A stretch of DNA of 64,000 bases from GCF_002087085.1 NZ_MWQY01000007.1:62001-126000; one strand, 5' to 3'. Shown: positions 27,542 to 37,584, counted from the first letter of the stretch. A program made the numbers and translations. Notes: a model not told the origin generated them from the letters alone.

Positions 27542-27571
27542 TCCTTCCCATCATCCCCATCTTTGTTCCCT
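27542..27571. repeat. Second dispersed repeat family (also at 31775-31804, partial at 30887-30910)
   Basis: TCCTTCCCATC[A/C]TCCCCATCTTTGTTCCCT; 29/30 identical between 27542 and 31775. Confidence 0.85.
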
Positions 27572-27593
27572 ATTCCCGTGCAGTTCACTTTCC

Positions 27594-28196
27594 TCAAATC
27601 TTCGTAAACGGAAAGGTGAACTCGTAGATGTCGGGCTTGAAACCATCACCAAAGATAGGCAAAAAGAGGGTCATTTCACCATATTTTGGCATCCTTGCGA
27701 GAAAAACGACATATCCACGCTTTAAACCATCTGAAGGTATTTCAATCTTTCTGGGAAAGACATGGCGGTCAATTATCTTGTCCATGCGGTTTCTGTCGGC
27801 ACTTTTTACATCATCCTGTTTTTCCCAGTACTGCTTTATCTGGAATCCATTCTTAGTATAATAATTTGCCGCACCCATTTTAAGCTCAAGGTCTTTTAGC
27901 TCAAACATTGCCCCATGGTCCGATTTATTTTTTATTACCACCTCAAAAACAACGTATTCTCTGGGATCAAATACTCCTGGTTCTATTACGAAGGGACTGG
28001 GGATGCGCCCGCTTTGCCGTTCGAGCTCTTCAGCCTCAACTATACGAATCTGAATATTGTAATTGTCACTCTGAATGCTGTGGACTACACGCTCATACCT
28101 GACCGGGTCTGCGGTAGTACAACCGCTTATCAAAAAGACAAATAAAATCAAAATAAATAATGGAAACGTAAAAGTTCTTATACGAAAAAGGCTCAT
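27594..28196 (-). CDS. Putative lipoprotein
   Basis: Hydrophobic leader ending LISGC; SD AGGAG before ATG 28196. Confidence 0.8.
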   Translation of the reverse strand: MSLFRIRTFTFPLFILILFVFLISGCTTADPVRYERVVHSIQSDNYNIQIRIVEAEELERQSGRIPSPFVIEPGVFDPREYVVFEVVIKNKSDHGAMFELKDLELKMGAANYYTKNGFQIKQYWEKQDDVKSADRNRMDKIIDRHVFPRKIEIPSDGLKRGYVVFLARMPKYGEMTLFLPIFGDGFKPDIYEFTFPFTKI

Positions 28197-28253
28197 GCAC
28201 AACTCCTATGATAGTCCGGGACAATAGTACCCCGCCACAATGGAATGGTCAAT

Positions 28254-28277
28254 AAAAAAGGCCGCCCGAAGGCGGCC
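28254..28277 (-). terminator. Intrinsic terminator of the porin-like gene
   Basis: Minus strand GGCCGCC-TTCG-GGCGGCC-TTTTTT. Confidence 0.9.
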
Positions 28278-28302
28278 GAAAAAGTTCATTGGTTACAACG
28301 AC

Positions 28303-29457
28303 TTAGAAGTCGCATTCAACCTTCATGTACAGACCGCCGTTTACAGGAACGGTTGCACGGCTGTTGTTGGCCAGACCGAACTCAGTCATGGCATAACCAA
28401 GGCGGAACTTGGGAGCACCGGGCTTGAACCAGGCAGAAATATCGGTATACAGCAGGTCGCCATCAGCAACTTCGCTATCTTCGTTTACAGCACCAGGTAC
28501 AGCTGCAACTGCATAGTTCATGTCTACATCAAGTCCGTAAGCATCGGTGTAGAGGCTTGCACCGCCACCGAGTACGCGGAAGGACTCATCGTCGTCACCC
28601 ATAAAGGAGACAGATACGTCTGCGGTAAGGTCTTCGTCTATGGCATAGTCGAACTGAGCACCGGCACCGAACATCTGTTCCCAGGAACCTGCGTCGCGGT
28701 CGCCTTCGCTGTCAGTTGCGAACTCACCGGCAAAGGTCAGCATCATACCGTCGCCCAGGTCGTAAACATAGTTGGCCTGAATGTCGAAGACGGATTTCTT
28801 AACTTCGGTAGTACTATTGATCGCACTTCCACCGCCGTTGTCTGCTACGTTGTAGTTAACTTCAACGGCAAGACCCTCTACCAGGGAAGTAGAGTATACG
28901 GAAACGTAGAATTCCTGATCGGTGTCTTCGCCGTCATATTCCTTGCCCATGAGGTCCCAGTTGGCGCTTGCATCGACAGCAAACATACCGAAATCAAGGG
29001 TAACCTTGGTCATGAGGTCTTTGCTGGTGCTGCCTGCACCTTCAACAAACTGGTTTCCTACGTTAAGCACGTCGGCATATTCCTGGTCGCCGGCATCGAA
29101 GTAACCGTTGGTCCACGTAAGGCCGACTCCGGAAAGCGCAAAGTATGCACCCAGGTCAGTGGTAATCTTGACGCTGTCCATGAACAGCTGGTCAAACATC
29201 TGTGCACTTGTAACCGTAGTGGTATCGCTTGCAGATTCGGTTGCACCGGGTTCGATCTGGGTAGAGAATGAGTTGTATTCATCAACATCAGCAGCAACCG
29301 CCAACTCCATCTCATTAACTTTCGAGTTGTACACATCACCGGTACCATTGTCACCAGCGGCCCAACCGAAATCGGTGTCCCAAGAGAAGCTGAAGTCCGC
29401 CGCAAATGCGGTAGAGGCAACAGCCAGAGCTACAAAAAGGACTAGTAACTTCTTCAT
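28303..29457 (-). CDS. Abundant outer-membrane beta-barrel / porin-like protein
   Basis: Signal peptide MKKLLVLFVALAVASTAFA; alternating amphipathic beta-strand pattern; acidic; C-terminal YMKVECDF; SD GGAGG. Confidence 0.75.
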   Translation of the reverse strand: MKKLLVLFVALAVASTAFAADFSFSWDTDFGWAAGDNGTGDVYNSKVNEMELAVAADVDEYNSFSTQIEPGATESASDTTTVTSAQMFDQLFMDSVKITTDLGAYFALSGVGLTWTNGYFDAGDQEYADVLNVGNQFVEGAGSTSKDLMTKVTLDFGMFAVDASANWDLMGKEYDGEDTDQEFYVSVYSTSLVEGLAVEVNYNVADNGGGSAINSTTEVKKSVFDIQANYVYDLGDGMMLTFAGEFATDSEGDRDAGSWEQMFGAGAQFDYAIDEDLTADVSVSFMGDDDESFRVLGGGASLYTDAYGLDVDMNYAVAAVPGAVNEDSEVADGDLLYTDISAWFKPGAPKFRLGYAMTEFGLANNSRATVPVNGGLYMKVECDF

Positions 29458-29537
29458 AATTGTCCTTCCTCCATCGTTTTTAGGGGCACCATGCAACACG
29501 GCATAGCGTTGTCCCCTTTTTATTATTTATTGACGTC

Positions 29538-29566
29538 AGTATAGCAACCGGTATATGGGCTGTCAA
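29538..29566 (-). promoter_or_regulatory. Near-consensus sigma70 promoter of the porin-like gene
   Basis: TTGACA-17-TATACT with an A-rich tract upstream. Confidence 0.85.
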
Positions 29567-29822
29567 GAAAAAATAGAAAATAGGGGCAATAGCGCGGCGT
29601 AAAAAAAGTTACATAAATGTTTCAATAATAACTATTTATTTCCCGGCCTTTCTTCCGTTTGTTACCCTTTTTCAGCCGGTAAACTGATTTAACACAAAAT
29701 TAATTCGGCCGGTGGCTTAATATATTGGACATAAAAAAGATAATGGATTAATAAATTCCGCCTATTTTTCTTTGTCAGGATAATTGCGTAAAAAAGGACC
29801 CTGCTATACATTAGTAATTCTG

Positions 29823-30776
29823 ATGACGGACGGCGAACTGGAAAATAAAATAAAAGGAGACTGGTCGCTTTTTTTTTCCGAGGCAAAGGACCTGTACACC
29901 ATGCAGGACTTTTTCGCCTTCCCCGCAGCCTTTCTTAAGGAACGTCTGGAAGAGCTCCAAAACTGTGTCGATCTCGGGATCGTCGAATACAAACGATCCT
30001 TTTTATCCCGGAGCTTCGAGCTTATAGAATCCCTCAAATACGACGCCCGGGGTTTCGATAAAATCGGGCAATGGGCCGATCGGCTTCAGTATGGGCTCTA
30101 TCTTTCCATGATCCAGCACCTCATGTGCAGGGGATCCATCCGGATCCGCAGGGCTAAACACGAACCGCCTGAGCAGGAGAAAGAGAACGCCAGGGCTTCG
30201 GCAACGGACCTTAAAACCGTCATTGCAGATGTGTCGGAACGCCTGAAAAACAAGCCTGAGCTTCAGAAAAATCCCCATATAAAACAGATCCTCATGCAGA
30301 TCAGCATCTATAAAAAGGAACTCGCCGAAACCAGGCGCCTTGCCGCAAGCATGCCCCGGGAAAAAGCCGCAGGACTGGCGGCCAATTTTAAAAAACGGGT
30401 GGAAGAAATTACCCGGAGCGCTTCGGAAAACCACCGGAAGCTCCTGGATGAGCTGGAACCCAAACCCGCAGCCCCGCTAAAGGGCCTTCCGTCCTACGAC
30501 CTCGCTCCGCTTGCACCCCTCTATCTGTCCCAGGCCAAAGCCTTCTCCACCCTGGCAAGCAGGTTCTCCTTTGTAGAAGAACAGCGTTCCGGTGCCCGGG
30601 ATGTACTTATTCCCATTTTAGGTCAGCGGGAGACCTGGTTCCGACTCATGGAGCGTGAGGTCAAGGCCTACAACCTGCTCGAACCCTTTGAAGGAGGAGA
30701 ACGCAGGGCCGCCATGGAGTTCACCCGGGAAATAGTACGTATACTGGACCGGGAAGCAGAAGAAGCGTTCAGGTAA
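29823..30776 (+). CDS. Hypothetical protein
   Basis: Long ORF; TTGCGT-17-TACATT lies 10 nt before ATG 29823. Confidence 0.8.
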   Translation: MTDGELENKIKGDWSLFFSEAKDLYTMQDFFAFPAAFLKERLEELQNCVDLGIVEYKRSFLSRSFELIESLKYDARGFDKIGQWADRLQYGLYLSMIQHLMCRGSIRIRRAKHEPPEQEKENARASATDLKTVIADVSERLKNKPELQKNPHIKQILMQISIYKKELAETRRLAASMPREKAAGLAANFKKRVEEITRSASENHRKLLDELEPKPAAPLKGLPSYDLAPLAPLYLSQAKAFSTLASRFSFVEEQRSGARDVLIPILGQRETWFRLMEREVKAYNLLEPFEGGERRAAMEFTREIVRILDREAEEAFR

Positions 30777-30929
30777 AATTTCCCGAGAAATACCCTTGAA
30801 CCACAGAGACACCGGGCTCATGGAGATTTCTTCTTAATAGCCAGAAAAAGAAGCGGTAGCCAGACCTCAGCGGCTCCGTGGCTTTCCCCATCATCCCCAT
30901 CGGTGTTCCCCCTTCTTCTCTTCGATCCC

Positions 30930-31253
30930 CTAATCAACAAGCATTTCCTGCAGTACGGATTTAATCTTCTCGATCTCCTTTTTCCTGACTATACCAAGCT
31001 TCCTTATTAAACGTGACTGGTCCACAGTTCGCAACTGATCAAGTACTACCCAGCCGTTCTTTCCTTGGAAATGCACTGAAACTCTGGTGGGGTAGCTATG
31101 AGATTTTGTAGTCATAGGTGCAATAATAACTGTCTTGATCGAGGAATTCATTTCGTTTGGAGAAACAACCAGGCATGGCCTCGTTTTCTGAATTTCATGC
31201 CCGATGGTGGGATCAAGATTAACAAGAAAAACCTCATATTGGCGTATTACCAT
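30930..31253 (-). CDS. mazF: PemK/MazF family toxin (mRNA interferase)
   Basis: VNLDPTIGHEIQKTRPCLVVS, VIIAPMTT, LDQLRTVDQSRL. Confidence 0.95.
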   Translation of the reverse strand: MVIRQYEVFLVNLDPTIGHEIQKTRPCLVVSPNEMNSSIKTVIIAPMTTKSHSYPTRVSVHFQGKNGWVVLDQLRTVDQSRLIRKLGIVRKKEIEKIKSVLQEMLVD

Positions 31254-31495
31254 TCCCATTCAAAGGATTCCTGATCAAGTATTTCTGGAAACATCAGAGC
31301 ATCATCTCCATTCTTATGCATCTCTGTAAAAGCCTCTTCCCAGCCCTCCCGTGGTCTGGTTTTAACAGGTTTGATCAGAATCTCCTTATCCCGGACTTCC
31401 AGTTCAACCTTTTCATCAATCTCAAGCTGCTTAAGGATACCCTTGGGGATTCTTATGCCTTTTGAATTACCAATGGGAATTACCGATATTATCAT
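31247..31495 (-). CDS. mazE: AbrB/MazE family antitoxin
   Basis: IGNSKGIRIPK..PREGWEEAF..EWEW; overlaps the mazF start. Confidence 0.93.
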   Translation of the reverse strand: MIISVIPIGNSKGIRIPKGILKQLEIDEKVELEVRDKEILIKPVKTRPREGWEEAFTEMHKNGDDALMFPEILDQESFEWEW

Positions 31496-31512
31496 GCCGT
31501 CCCTCACTATCT

Positions 31513-31531
31513 GTAATTATATAGTAATTAC
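31513..31531. promoter_or_regulatory. Palindromic operator upstream of mazEF
   Basis: GTAATTA-N5-TAATTAC overlapping a minus-strand TATAAT. Confidence 0.7.
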
Positions 31532-31827
31532 TTTCAAAAGGCAATGATTCAATATTCGCATATCTGATAATAAAACTTTTCTTATTCCTCCTGCAGGCAT
31601 CGGGTGAAATTCTTCCTCACAAAGCTCACAAAGAATGCTGCAGGCTCACAGAATCTTCAAATTCCCAGGCAGAAAACCAGCCAGTTTTTCTCTCCTATTA
31701 CTCTGCATAATCTACACGATGTATCTATTTCTATTCCGGTTTTCTCAATGATCTTCTTGCCCCTTTGCGATCTATCCTTCCCATCCTCCCCATCTTTGTT
31801 CCCTGTTTCCGTTTCTCCCTCCTCTTC

Positions 31828-31927
31828 CTCTGCGTACTCTGCGCGGTTCCTACCCCGACTGTCACTGCGTTCCGCCGTAATAACGCTGCCCCTTTCTACT
31901 CCCTCAATGTTCTCCGCAACTCCGTGG
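31828..31927. repeat. Degenerate two-core copy of the array repeat family
   Basis: CTCTGCGTACTCTGCGCGGTTCCTACCCCGAC at 31828; degenerate second core at 31903. Confidence 0.75.
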
Positions 31928-31942
31928 CAACCTCTTCTCTTC

Positions 31943-33052
31943 TCACCGCCACTCTTCCGGCAGCTCATTCAGCGCATCCTTTACCCCCTGACTGTCTCCC
32001 TTACGGCAGACAAGGGCCCGGCCGTTGCGTATTACCACAATCAGGTCCCGAACCCCCACAAGGGATACAGGAAGATCGGACAGCACAAAACAGCCTTCAG
32101 AAGAGACCTCCCCCCGGGCGGGAACGCTTTCAGGGAATACCCGGGAATATTCATCCCAGCTGCCGATGTCGTTCCAGCTGAAGGAGGCCGGGAGCACCGC
32201 GGCGCGGTCTGTCTTTTCCATTACCGCGTAGTCTATGGAGATGGAAGGAGCGCTTGTGTAGATTCTCGCGACCTCCGGAGAATCGAGGATGACGGAAACC
32301 CCTGAGGCGGACGTTTTCACAGAGACGGAGAGAAGACTCGTATACAGACGATGCACTTCCGGGGCATGCTGTTCAAGTTCCGCTACAAATGCCCCAAGGC
32401 TGAAAAGGAACATACCGGAGTTCCAGGTAAAATTCCCGGCCTCAAGAAACTGCTGCGCTGTGGCGGAATCCGGTTTTTCCCGGAAGCGACGGACTTTCCG
32501 TATTTTCTGCCTTTTCCCCATCTCTCCGGAGATCGGTTCACCCGCTTCTATATAACCGTATCCCGTTTCAGGCCGTGTGGGGGCTATGCCGAAGGTGACG
32601 ATACTCCCCGCGGAGGCTGCATCTGCTGCAGAAGCAATATCCGAAGCAAATCGTTCCACCGGCTCAATCAAATGGTCAGCCGGAAGCACCAGGACAGCCT
32701 CGTTTTCACCGCCAAGCTGCTCCAGAGCTGCAGCACCTGCGGCTATGGCCGGTGCTGTGTTTCTGGCCGCCGGTTCCGGCAGCACAATGAGCTCCGGAAG
32801 CCCCCCCTGTTCCTCTCCTGCCCAGGTTGCCAGCTCCTCCGCAGCCTGTTCCGCCTGGGACGCCAGGGTGACGATCATGATCCGTTCGGGACGAAGGGCG
32901 GCAGCCCGTTGCAGGGTAAGGTTCAAAAGACTCCTGCCATCCCGGACGGCCATGTACTGCTTCGGAACTTCCTTCGTGGATGCAGGCCAGAGCCTCGTAC
33001 CGGAACCTCCGGCAAGGATCATTACATTCGGAACGATGCTTTCCTTTTTCAT
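31943..33052 (-). CDS. manC: Mannose-1-phosphate guanylyltransferase (no PMI domain)
   Basis: ILAGGSGTRLWP, PKQY, EPAARNTAPAI, ETGYGYI, SIDYAVME, WNDIGSW. Confidence 0.92.
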   Translation of the reverse strand: MKKESIVPNVMILAGGSGTRLWPASTKEVPKQYMAVRDGRSLLNLTLQRAAALRPERIMIVTLASQAEQAAEELATWAGEEQGGLPELIVLPEPAARNTAPAIAAGAAALEQLGGENEAVLVLPADHLIEPVERFASDIASAADAASAGSIVTFGIAPTRPETGYGYIEAGEPISGEMGKRQKIRKVRRFREKPDSATAQQFLEAGNFTWNSGMFLFSLGAFVAELEQHAPEVHRLYTSLLSVSVKTSASGVSVILDSPEVARIYTSAPSISIDYAVMEKTDRAAVLPASFSWNDIGSWDEYSRVFPESVPARGEVSSEGCFVLSDLPVSLVGVRDLIVVIRNGRALVCRKGDSQGVKDALNELPEEWR

Positions 33053-33206
33053 AACGGATTTATAGTAGCCCAGAGCAGTTCCCTCCGCAAGAGAGGTAAA
33101 TTTCTCTTAAGTTACTTAAGTTTTTGTTAAGTCCCCTCGTTGACCATCTCCCTTTACAGGTTTATTATGATCGGTGCAATCAACACATTTTCGGGAGGTG
33201 CCGCAA

Positions 33207-34298
33207 ATGGCCGCCAAGGGATTTACCCTCTCCATATACCCATGGGTCTATGTCGCTCAATCAGAGAACTCCGGCTGGAAGGAGGAGTTTCAGGAAAAAC
33301 CTCACAAAACTCCTGCACAGGAGGCGGCCATGGGCGAAGCGGAGCTCAATGAGCTGCTTGCACGGCGCAACTCCTTTGCCGATCTCCCGCTGGTCAACTA
33401 TACAACCCAGTACGGTATGGGCTGTTTCGAGGGACTCAAGGCCTTTCCCCAGAAGGACGGCAGTCTCAAGCTCTTCCGGCCCGACCGGAACGCCAGACGC
33501 TTCCGCAGCTCCATGGAGGGGCTCAAGATGCCCAGCTACCCGGAGGAGACCTTTGTAAAGGCGGTCCGCGAGACGGTCCGGCGCAACAGGGATATCGGTT
33601 TTGCCCCGGATTATGATCCCGCCTGGGAGGCCGGGGATTTTGCCGAAGGTCATGCGGTATACGTACGCCCCTTCAGCTACTCGGAACCCGCCATCGGTCT
33701 TGGCCTGAGCGTCAGCCCCTGGGTTGTAATAATCACCACACCCGTGGGTGCCTACTTCCGCCCCGGCAACAGCAAGGCGGTAACCACCGACAAGGTACGG
33801 GCCTTTCCCGGGGGTACGGGCTGGATAAAATGTGATGCCAACTACGTGGTGCCGATTCTTGCAAAGAAAGAGGCGGAAGCCCAGGGCTACATGGAAGCCA
33901 TATTCCTGGACGCTGAACACAAGGAGTACGTTGAAGAGGGCTCTTCCTGCAATATCTTCTTCGTACTAAAGAACGGAACCCTGGTTACCCCCGACCTGAG
34001 CGATACAATCCTGCCGGGCATTACCCGGGCAAGCGTCATTCAGCTGGCGAAGGACCTGGGAGTCAACGTGGAAGAACGGAGAATCTCCATCCACGAGGTC
34101 ATGGATTCAGCCGTCGAGGCCTTCGTAACCGGTACGGCCGCCGGAATCAGCTACTTCGAATCCATCACCCACAAGGGACAGACCAAAGTATTCAACGGCG
34201 GAAAGATCGGCGATACCACCCGGGAACTCCAGGTGGACCTCAAGGGGATTCAGTACGGATCCCGGGAAGACCGCCACGGCTGGATGGTCCAGGTTTAG
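33207..34298 (+). CDS. ilvE: Branched-chain amino acid aminotransferase
   Basis: YGMGCFEGLKA, LFRPDRN, KCDANY, EEGSSCN, ILPGITR, GTAA; SD GGAGG. Confidence 0.92.
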   Translation: MAAKGFTLSIYPWVYVAQSENSGWKEEFQEKPHKTPAQEAAMGEAELNELLARRNSFADLPLVNYTTQYGMGCFEGLKAFPQKDGSLKLFRPDRNARRFRSSMEGLKMPSYPEETFVKAVRETVRRNRDIGFAPDYDPAWEAGDFAEGHAVYVRPFSYSEPAIGLGLSVSPWVVIITTPVGAYFRPGNSKAVTTDKVRAFPGGTGWIKCDANYVVPILAKKEAEAQGYMEAIFLDAEHKEYVEEGSSCNIFFVLKNGTLVTPDLSDTILPGITRASVIQLAKDLGVNVEERRISIHEVMDSAVEAFVTGTAAGISYFESITHKGQTKVFNGGKIGDTTRELQVDLKGIQYGSREDRHGWMVQV

Positions 34299-34326
34299 CC
34301 TGGACTTCAGGGCATAAGAAGAGCCT

Positions 34327-37300
34327 TCAGCGCATAGAAAGAGTCTCAAGGTCCAGAGGTATATCCCGATAGATCTGCAGATCGTAGTTCTCCACAGGGT
34401 AGAGCATGGCCCGCTGGTTCAGGTAGCCCAGATTGACGGCGCTGCCCCGCTCCATGGTCTCCTGGTCCCGCCCCAGAAGATCGAACATCTCCATGGAGTC
34501 GGTAAAGTGGACCAGTGCCCGGGAGAACTTCTCCCTGTCTCCGGTGGCCAGGGAGAGACGCTGCAGGGTGACCCCGAGATTATTATTGACCCGAATAAGG
34601 CGTTCAATCAGGGCCCGGTCCTCCTCCCGTTCATCGGGCAGCAGGACGCTCAGTTCCCGGCGCTGCTGTTCCAGCCTGTCCAGAAGATGGGTGTAATAGC
34701 CCTGGGCGGCGAAAAAATCGGATCGCATAAAGAGGGCGTTTCCGGTGGCAAAGAGCAGGTTTTCATTCAGCGAGAACAGGTCAGCCGCCAGATGAAACTC
34801 CGCAAGGGAATCCCGATAATCTTCCCGGTTATAGTGAATATACCCCTTCTTGTAATGCATCTCCGGACTCTTGTATCCGTTCTCCTGGGCGGCGCTGAAC
34901 ATATCGAAGGCTGAATCGAACTCCGCGGCTATGTAGTAGTACAGGTTGCCCAGGTTGCGATAGATTCGGCCGAACATGCTCTCGGGCTCCAGGATTCTCC
35001 GTTCCAGGGCATCCTCGTACTGGTCTCTGGCCTTCAGGAAGTACTCCTCCGCCGTCAGATACTGCCCGTCCTCGTAATCCGCCTCACCCTGACGGTCATA
35101 GGTATCCGTCAGCAGTTTCAGCCTGGTTTTACCCAGCGGCCGGACCTCTTCGAAGTAGTACTCCGCAAAATCCAGGGCCTTACGTTCCTCCACCGGCTCT
35201 TCCACCCGCCGGAAATAGCGGGCCAGGTGATAATGTGTCTCCGGCAGGGTTCTGTCCGCATCCATGGCACGCTGAAGAATCGGACGCACATCTCCGATAT
35301 CATTCTTGTCCAGGAGGTATCCCCCCAGCTCCGCATAGGCATCGGGCTCCACTTCCAGACGGGAATTCGCCTGAAACTGCTCCTTGAGCCGGGTTACTTC
35401 AGTATAATTATCGGTGCGAATAAAATAGCGGAGCATGCGAAACAGCAGCTCGTACTTGGCCCCGTACTGCTGAATCAGTGTTGCGTAGGAGCGTCGGGCC
35501 TCCTCGTAGCGCTCGTAATCGTACTCTCCCCAGTCAAGATAGTTGTCCCCCGCGGCAAGCAGCGCTTCGTAGTCATACTTGTCCTGATTCAGAAGGACCG
35601 CCAGCAGCTTTTCAGCGTGCTCGAAGTTCTCAAGCTTGTCGGACTCCATATGGGCGTAATCGAGCAGGGCCTGGCGCTCCTTTCCGCGGATCCGCTTGAT
35701 ATCCGGCAGTTTTACAATCTGCCCTCCGGCCTCGTCTCCGAAACTGATATGACCCCTGAGGAGCTCTTCGTATTTATCCGCCGCCAGGCTGTACTGACGT
35801 TTATCCTGAAAACCTTCTGCGAAACGAAAATACTGATTTTTATAGCGCCACTCCTCCACGGCGTCGTCAAAAAAGAGGTTGGCCTCCCGGTAGGAGTCCT
35901 CTTCCAGGTGGCGATACCCGGCGTTGTAGAGAACAATGGCGTGAATCGGCCGGTAAACGAAGGTAAATCCCAGAAAAGCGATCATTCCCAGGAGCAGGGC
36001 ACCCCCGGCAACCAGGCGGAGAATCGGCAGGATGTTCTGCCGGAAGGCATAGGCGAAGGTCCCCTTCTCCTCTTCGAACTCGGCGCCGCTCCGTTTTTCG
36101 TAACGGCTGGGAATACGGATCTTCTTTCCGGTTATGGAGCCTACTATTGCAGCAAGCTCTTTTGAGCTTTTCCCCTCCACCAGGGCCCGAACAAGCTTCT
36201 GCAGATGGGGGCCGCTCAGGTTCTGCTCCCCGATAAGCTCTTCGATTGCAATCTTCAGGTTGAGGGGCTGCTGATTGAGGGTCTCCTGCAGGCGCTGGAA
36301 CTCATCTTCATCCAGATCGAGTTCCTCGTCTCCCGAGGGGAGTTCTTCACTCACCGCCAGTGCGGGATTCAGCTCCTCCTCGGTCAGGGTATCCAGGGGC
36401 TCCTCGATCTCGCCGAACTGCTCCCCCAGATCGCCCAGGCTGAACTCGTCTACCTCGAAATTGGCCTCGTCTATGTCTTCAATGTCTCCGGCGGTGGGAA
36501 TCTCAAAGTCATCGCTGACAGCTTCGCCAGATCGCGCTGCGGGAGGAGCTTCGGGGGCTTCCGCCTCTTCGAAGGGAAAGCCCTCGGGCATGGAGAAATC
36601 CATCTCCCCGATATCATCGTCATCGAAGGAGAGCTCCTCCTCTTCGGGAATCTCCTCGGCCGTATCGGGAGGGCTGAAATCCTCAGCTTCAGCCGCCGGT
36701 TCCTCATCCTCCATGGAGAGGATATCCGCGGCCTCGGCAAACTCCTCAGGAATCTCGAACTCTTCGACCCCCTCAGGCTCCTCCTCCGGCGTCTCCTGTT
36801 CCTCCGGAAAAAATGCCTCTTCCTCCGGCAGGCTGAAATCTTCTTCCGAAAGGTCCAGGGACTCTTCAGCCAGCTCTTCCGCTTCCTCGGTTCCAGCCTC
36901 TTCCCCGGTAAAATCCATCCCCTCCGGAGAAAAGAGATCCTCCGACAGCTCATCGGGCAGGGAAAATCCCTCATCAAAGCTTTCCTCCCCCTCCGGGGAT
37001 GGAGCTATATCGTCAGGAAGCGCAAAGCCTTCATCAGATGCTTCTTCCCCCGGCTCCTCCCCGGCGAGATCAAACTCGTCAGGCAGGGAGAACTCATCCT
37101 CTCCGGCGGAGGACTCTTCGCCGGTCTCCTCCTCAAAATCCAGTCCGGAGAGCAGGTCTTCGGGAATGGAAAAGTCATCTTCCTCTCCGGTATCCACCGG
37201 AGGCATCTGGTCTTCCCCGGTATCGATACCGAAGATATCCTCATCCTCGTCAGGGAGCTCCGGAGCAGTTTCCTCTTCGATTCCCCCGAAGGGCTCCTCT

Positions 37301-37473
37301 TCGGTTTCACTCTCCCCGGAAAGGTTGAGCAGGGCATCCAGGTCTTCGTCCAGTTCCGCCTCGGGGGCGGAAATATCCTCGAGACGTTCCCCGCGCTCGG
37401 CCAGAATGGAGGGTTCATGTCCGAGGGAGTTGAGTTCCGCTTTAAACTGTTCTATCTCTTCAAGCCTGGGCAC
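34327..37473 (-). CDS. flcA: Periplasmic flagellar collar protein FlcA-like (acidic N-terminus, one TM, TPR C-terminus)
   Basis: Start MPRLEEIEQFK..LGHEP..AERGE; long Asp/Glu-rich region; PLNLKIAIEE; single TM; TPR-like repeats. Confidence 0.75.
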   Translation of the reverse strand: MPRLEEIEQFKAELNSLGHEPSILAERGERLEDISAPEAELDEDLDALLNLSGESETEEEPFGGIEEETAPELPDEDEDIFGIDTGEDQMPPVDTGEEDDFSIPEDLLSGLDFEEETGEESSAGEDEFSLPDEFDLAGEEPGEEASDEGFALPDDIAPSPEGEESFDEGFSLPDELSEDLFSPEGMDFTGEEAGTEEAEELAEESLDLSEEDFSLPEEEAFFPEEQETPEEEPEGVEEFEIPEEFAEAADILSMEDEEPAAEAEDFSPPDTAEEIPEEEELSFDDDDIGEMDFSMPEGFPFEEAEAPEAPPAARSGEAVSDDFEIPTAGDIEDIDEANFEVDEFSLGDLGEQFGEIEEPLDTLTEEELNPALAVSEELPSGDEELDLDEDEFQRLQETLNQQPLNLKIAIEELIGEQNLSGPHLQKLVRALVEGKSSKELAAIVGSITGKKIRIPSRYEKRSGAEFEEEKGTFAYAFRQNILPILRLVAGGALLLGMIAFLGFTFVYRPIHAIVLYNAGYRHLEEDSYREANLFFDDAVEEWRYKNQYFRFAEGFQDKRQYSLAADKYEELLRGHISFGDEAGGQIVKLPDIKRIRGKERQALLDYAHMESDKLENFEHAEKLLAVLLNQDKYDYEALLAAGDNYLDWGEYDYERYEEARRSYATLIQQYGAKYELLFRMLRYFIRTDNYTEVTRLKEQFQANSRLEVEPDAYAELGGYLLDKNDIGDVRPILQRAMDADRTLPETHYHLARYFRRVEEPVEERKALDFAEYYFEEVRPLGKTRLKLLTDTYDRQGEADYEDGQYLTAEEYFLKARDQYEDALERRILEPESMFGRIYRNLGNLYYYIAAEFDSAFDMFSAAQENGYKSPEMHYKKGYIHYNREDYRDSLAEFHLAADLFSLNENLLFATGNALFMRSDFFAAQGYYTHLLDRLEQQRRELSVLLPDEREEDRALIERLIRVNNNLGVTLQRLSLATGDREKFSRALVHFTDSMEMFDLLGRDQETMERGSAVNLGYLNQRAMLYPVENYDLQIYRDIPLDLETLSMR

Positions 37474-37497
37474 AGATATTCCTTTCGATCTCTCCGA

Positions 37498-37582
37498 TTT
37501 TCGGCAAATTATCCACTCTGTTCAAGTAAAGAATTTCCCCCATTGTATCCCAGATTAAGAGAATCCGCTATCAGGCCGAAAA
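37498..37582. promoter_or_regulatory. Divergent pair of sigma28-like promoters
   Basis: Minus strand TGAA-N15-GCCGAAAA (37524-37498); plus strand TAAG-N15-GCCGAAAA (37556-37582). Confidence 0.45.
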
Positions 37583-37584
37583 TC

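Noticed and set aside
28240..29271. 343-aa plus-strand ORF
   Set aside because: Antisense shadow of the codon-biased porin-like gene; it also crosses that gene's terminator.
26157..31927. Classical integron with attC sites
   Set aside because: No intI and no clear RYYYAAC..GTTRRRY boundaries; core-looking genes lie between the inserts.
31604..32305. ORFs over the repeat-rich mazE-manC gap
   Set aside because: Low-complexity translations of repeats plus antisense overlap with manC.
36205..37584. 709-aa and Ser-rich 427-aa plus-strand ORFs
   Set aside because: Antisense shadows of the Glu/Asp-rich flcA region; only 37585-38334 encodes a real protein.
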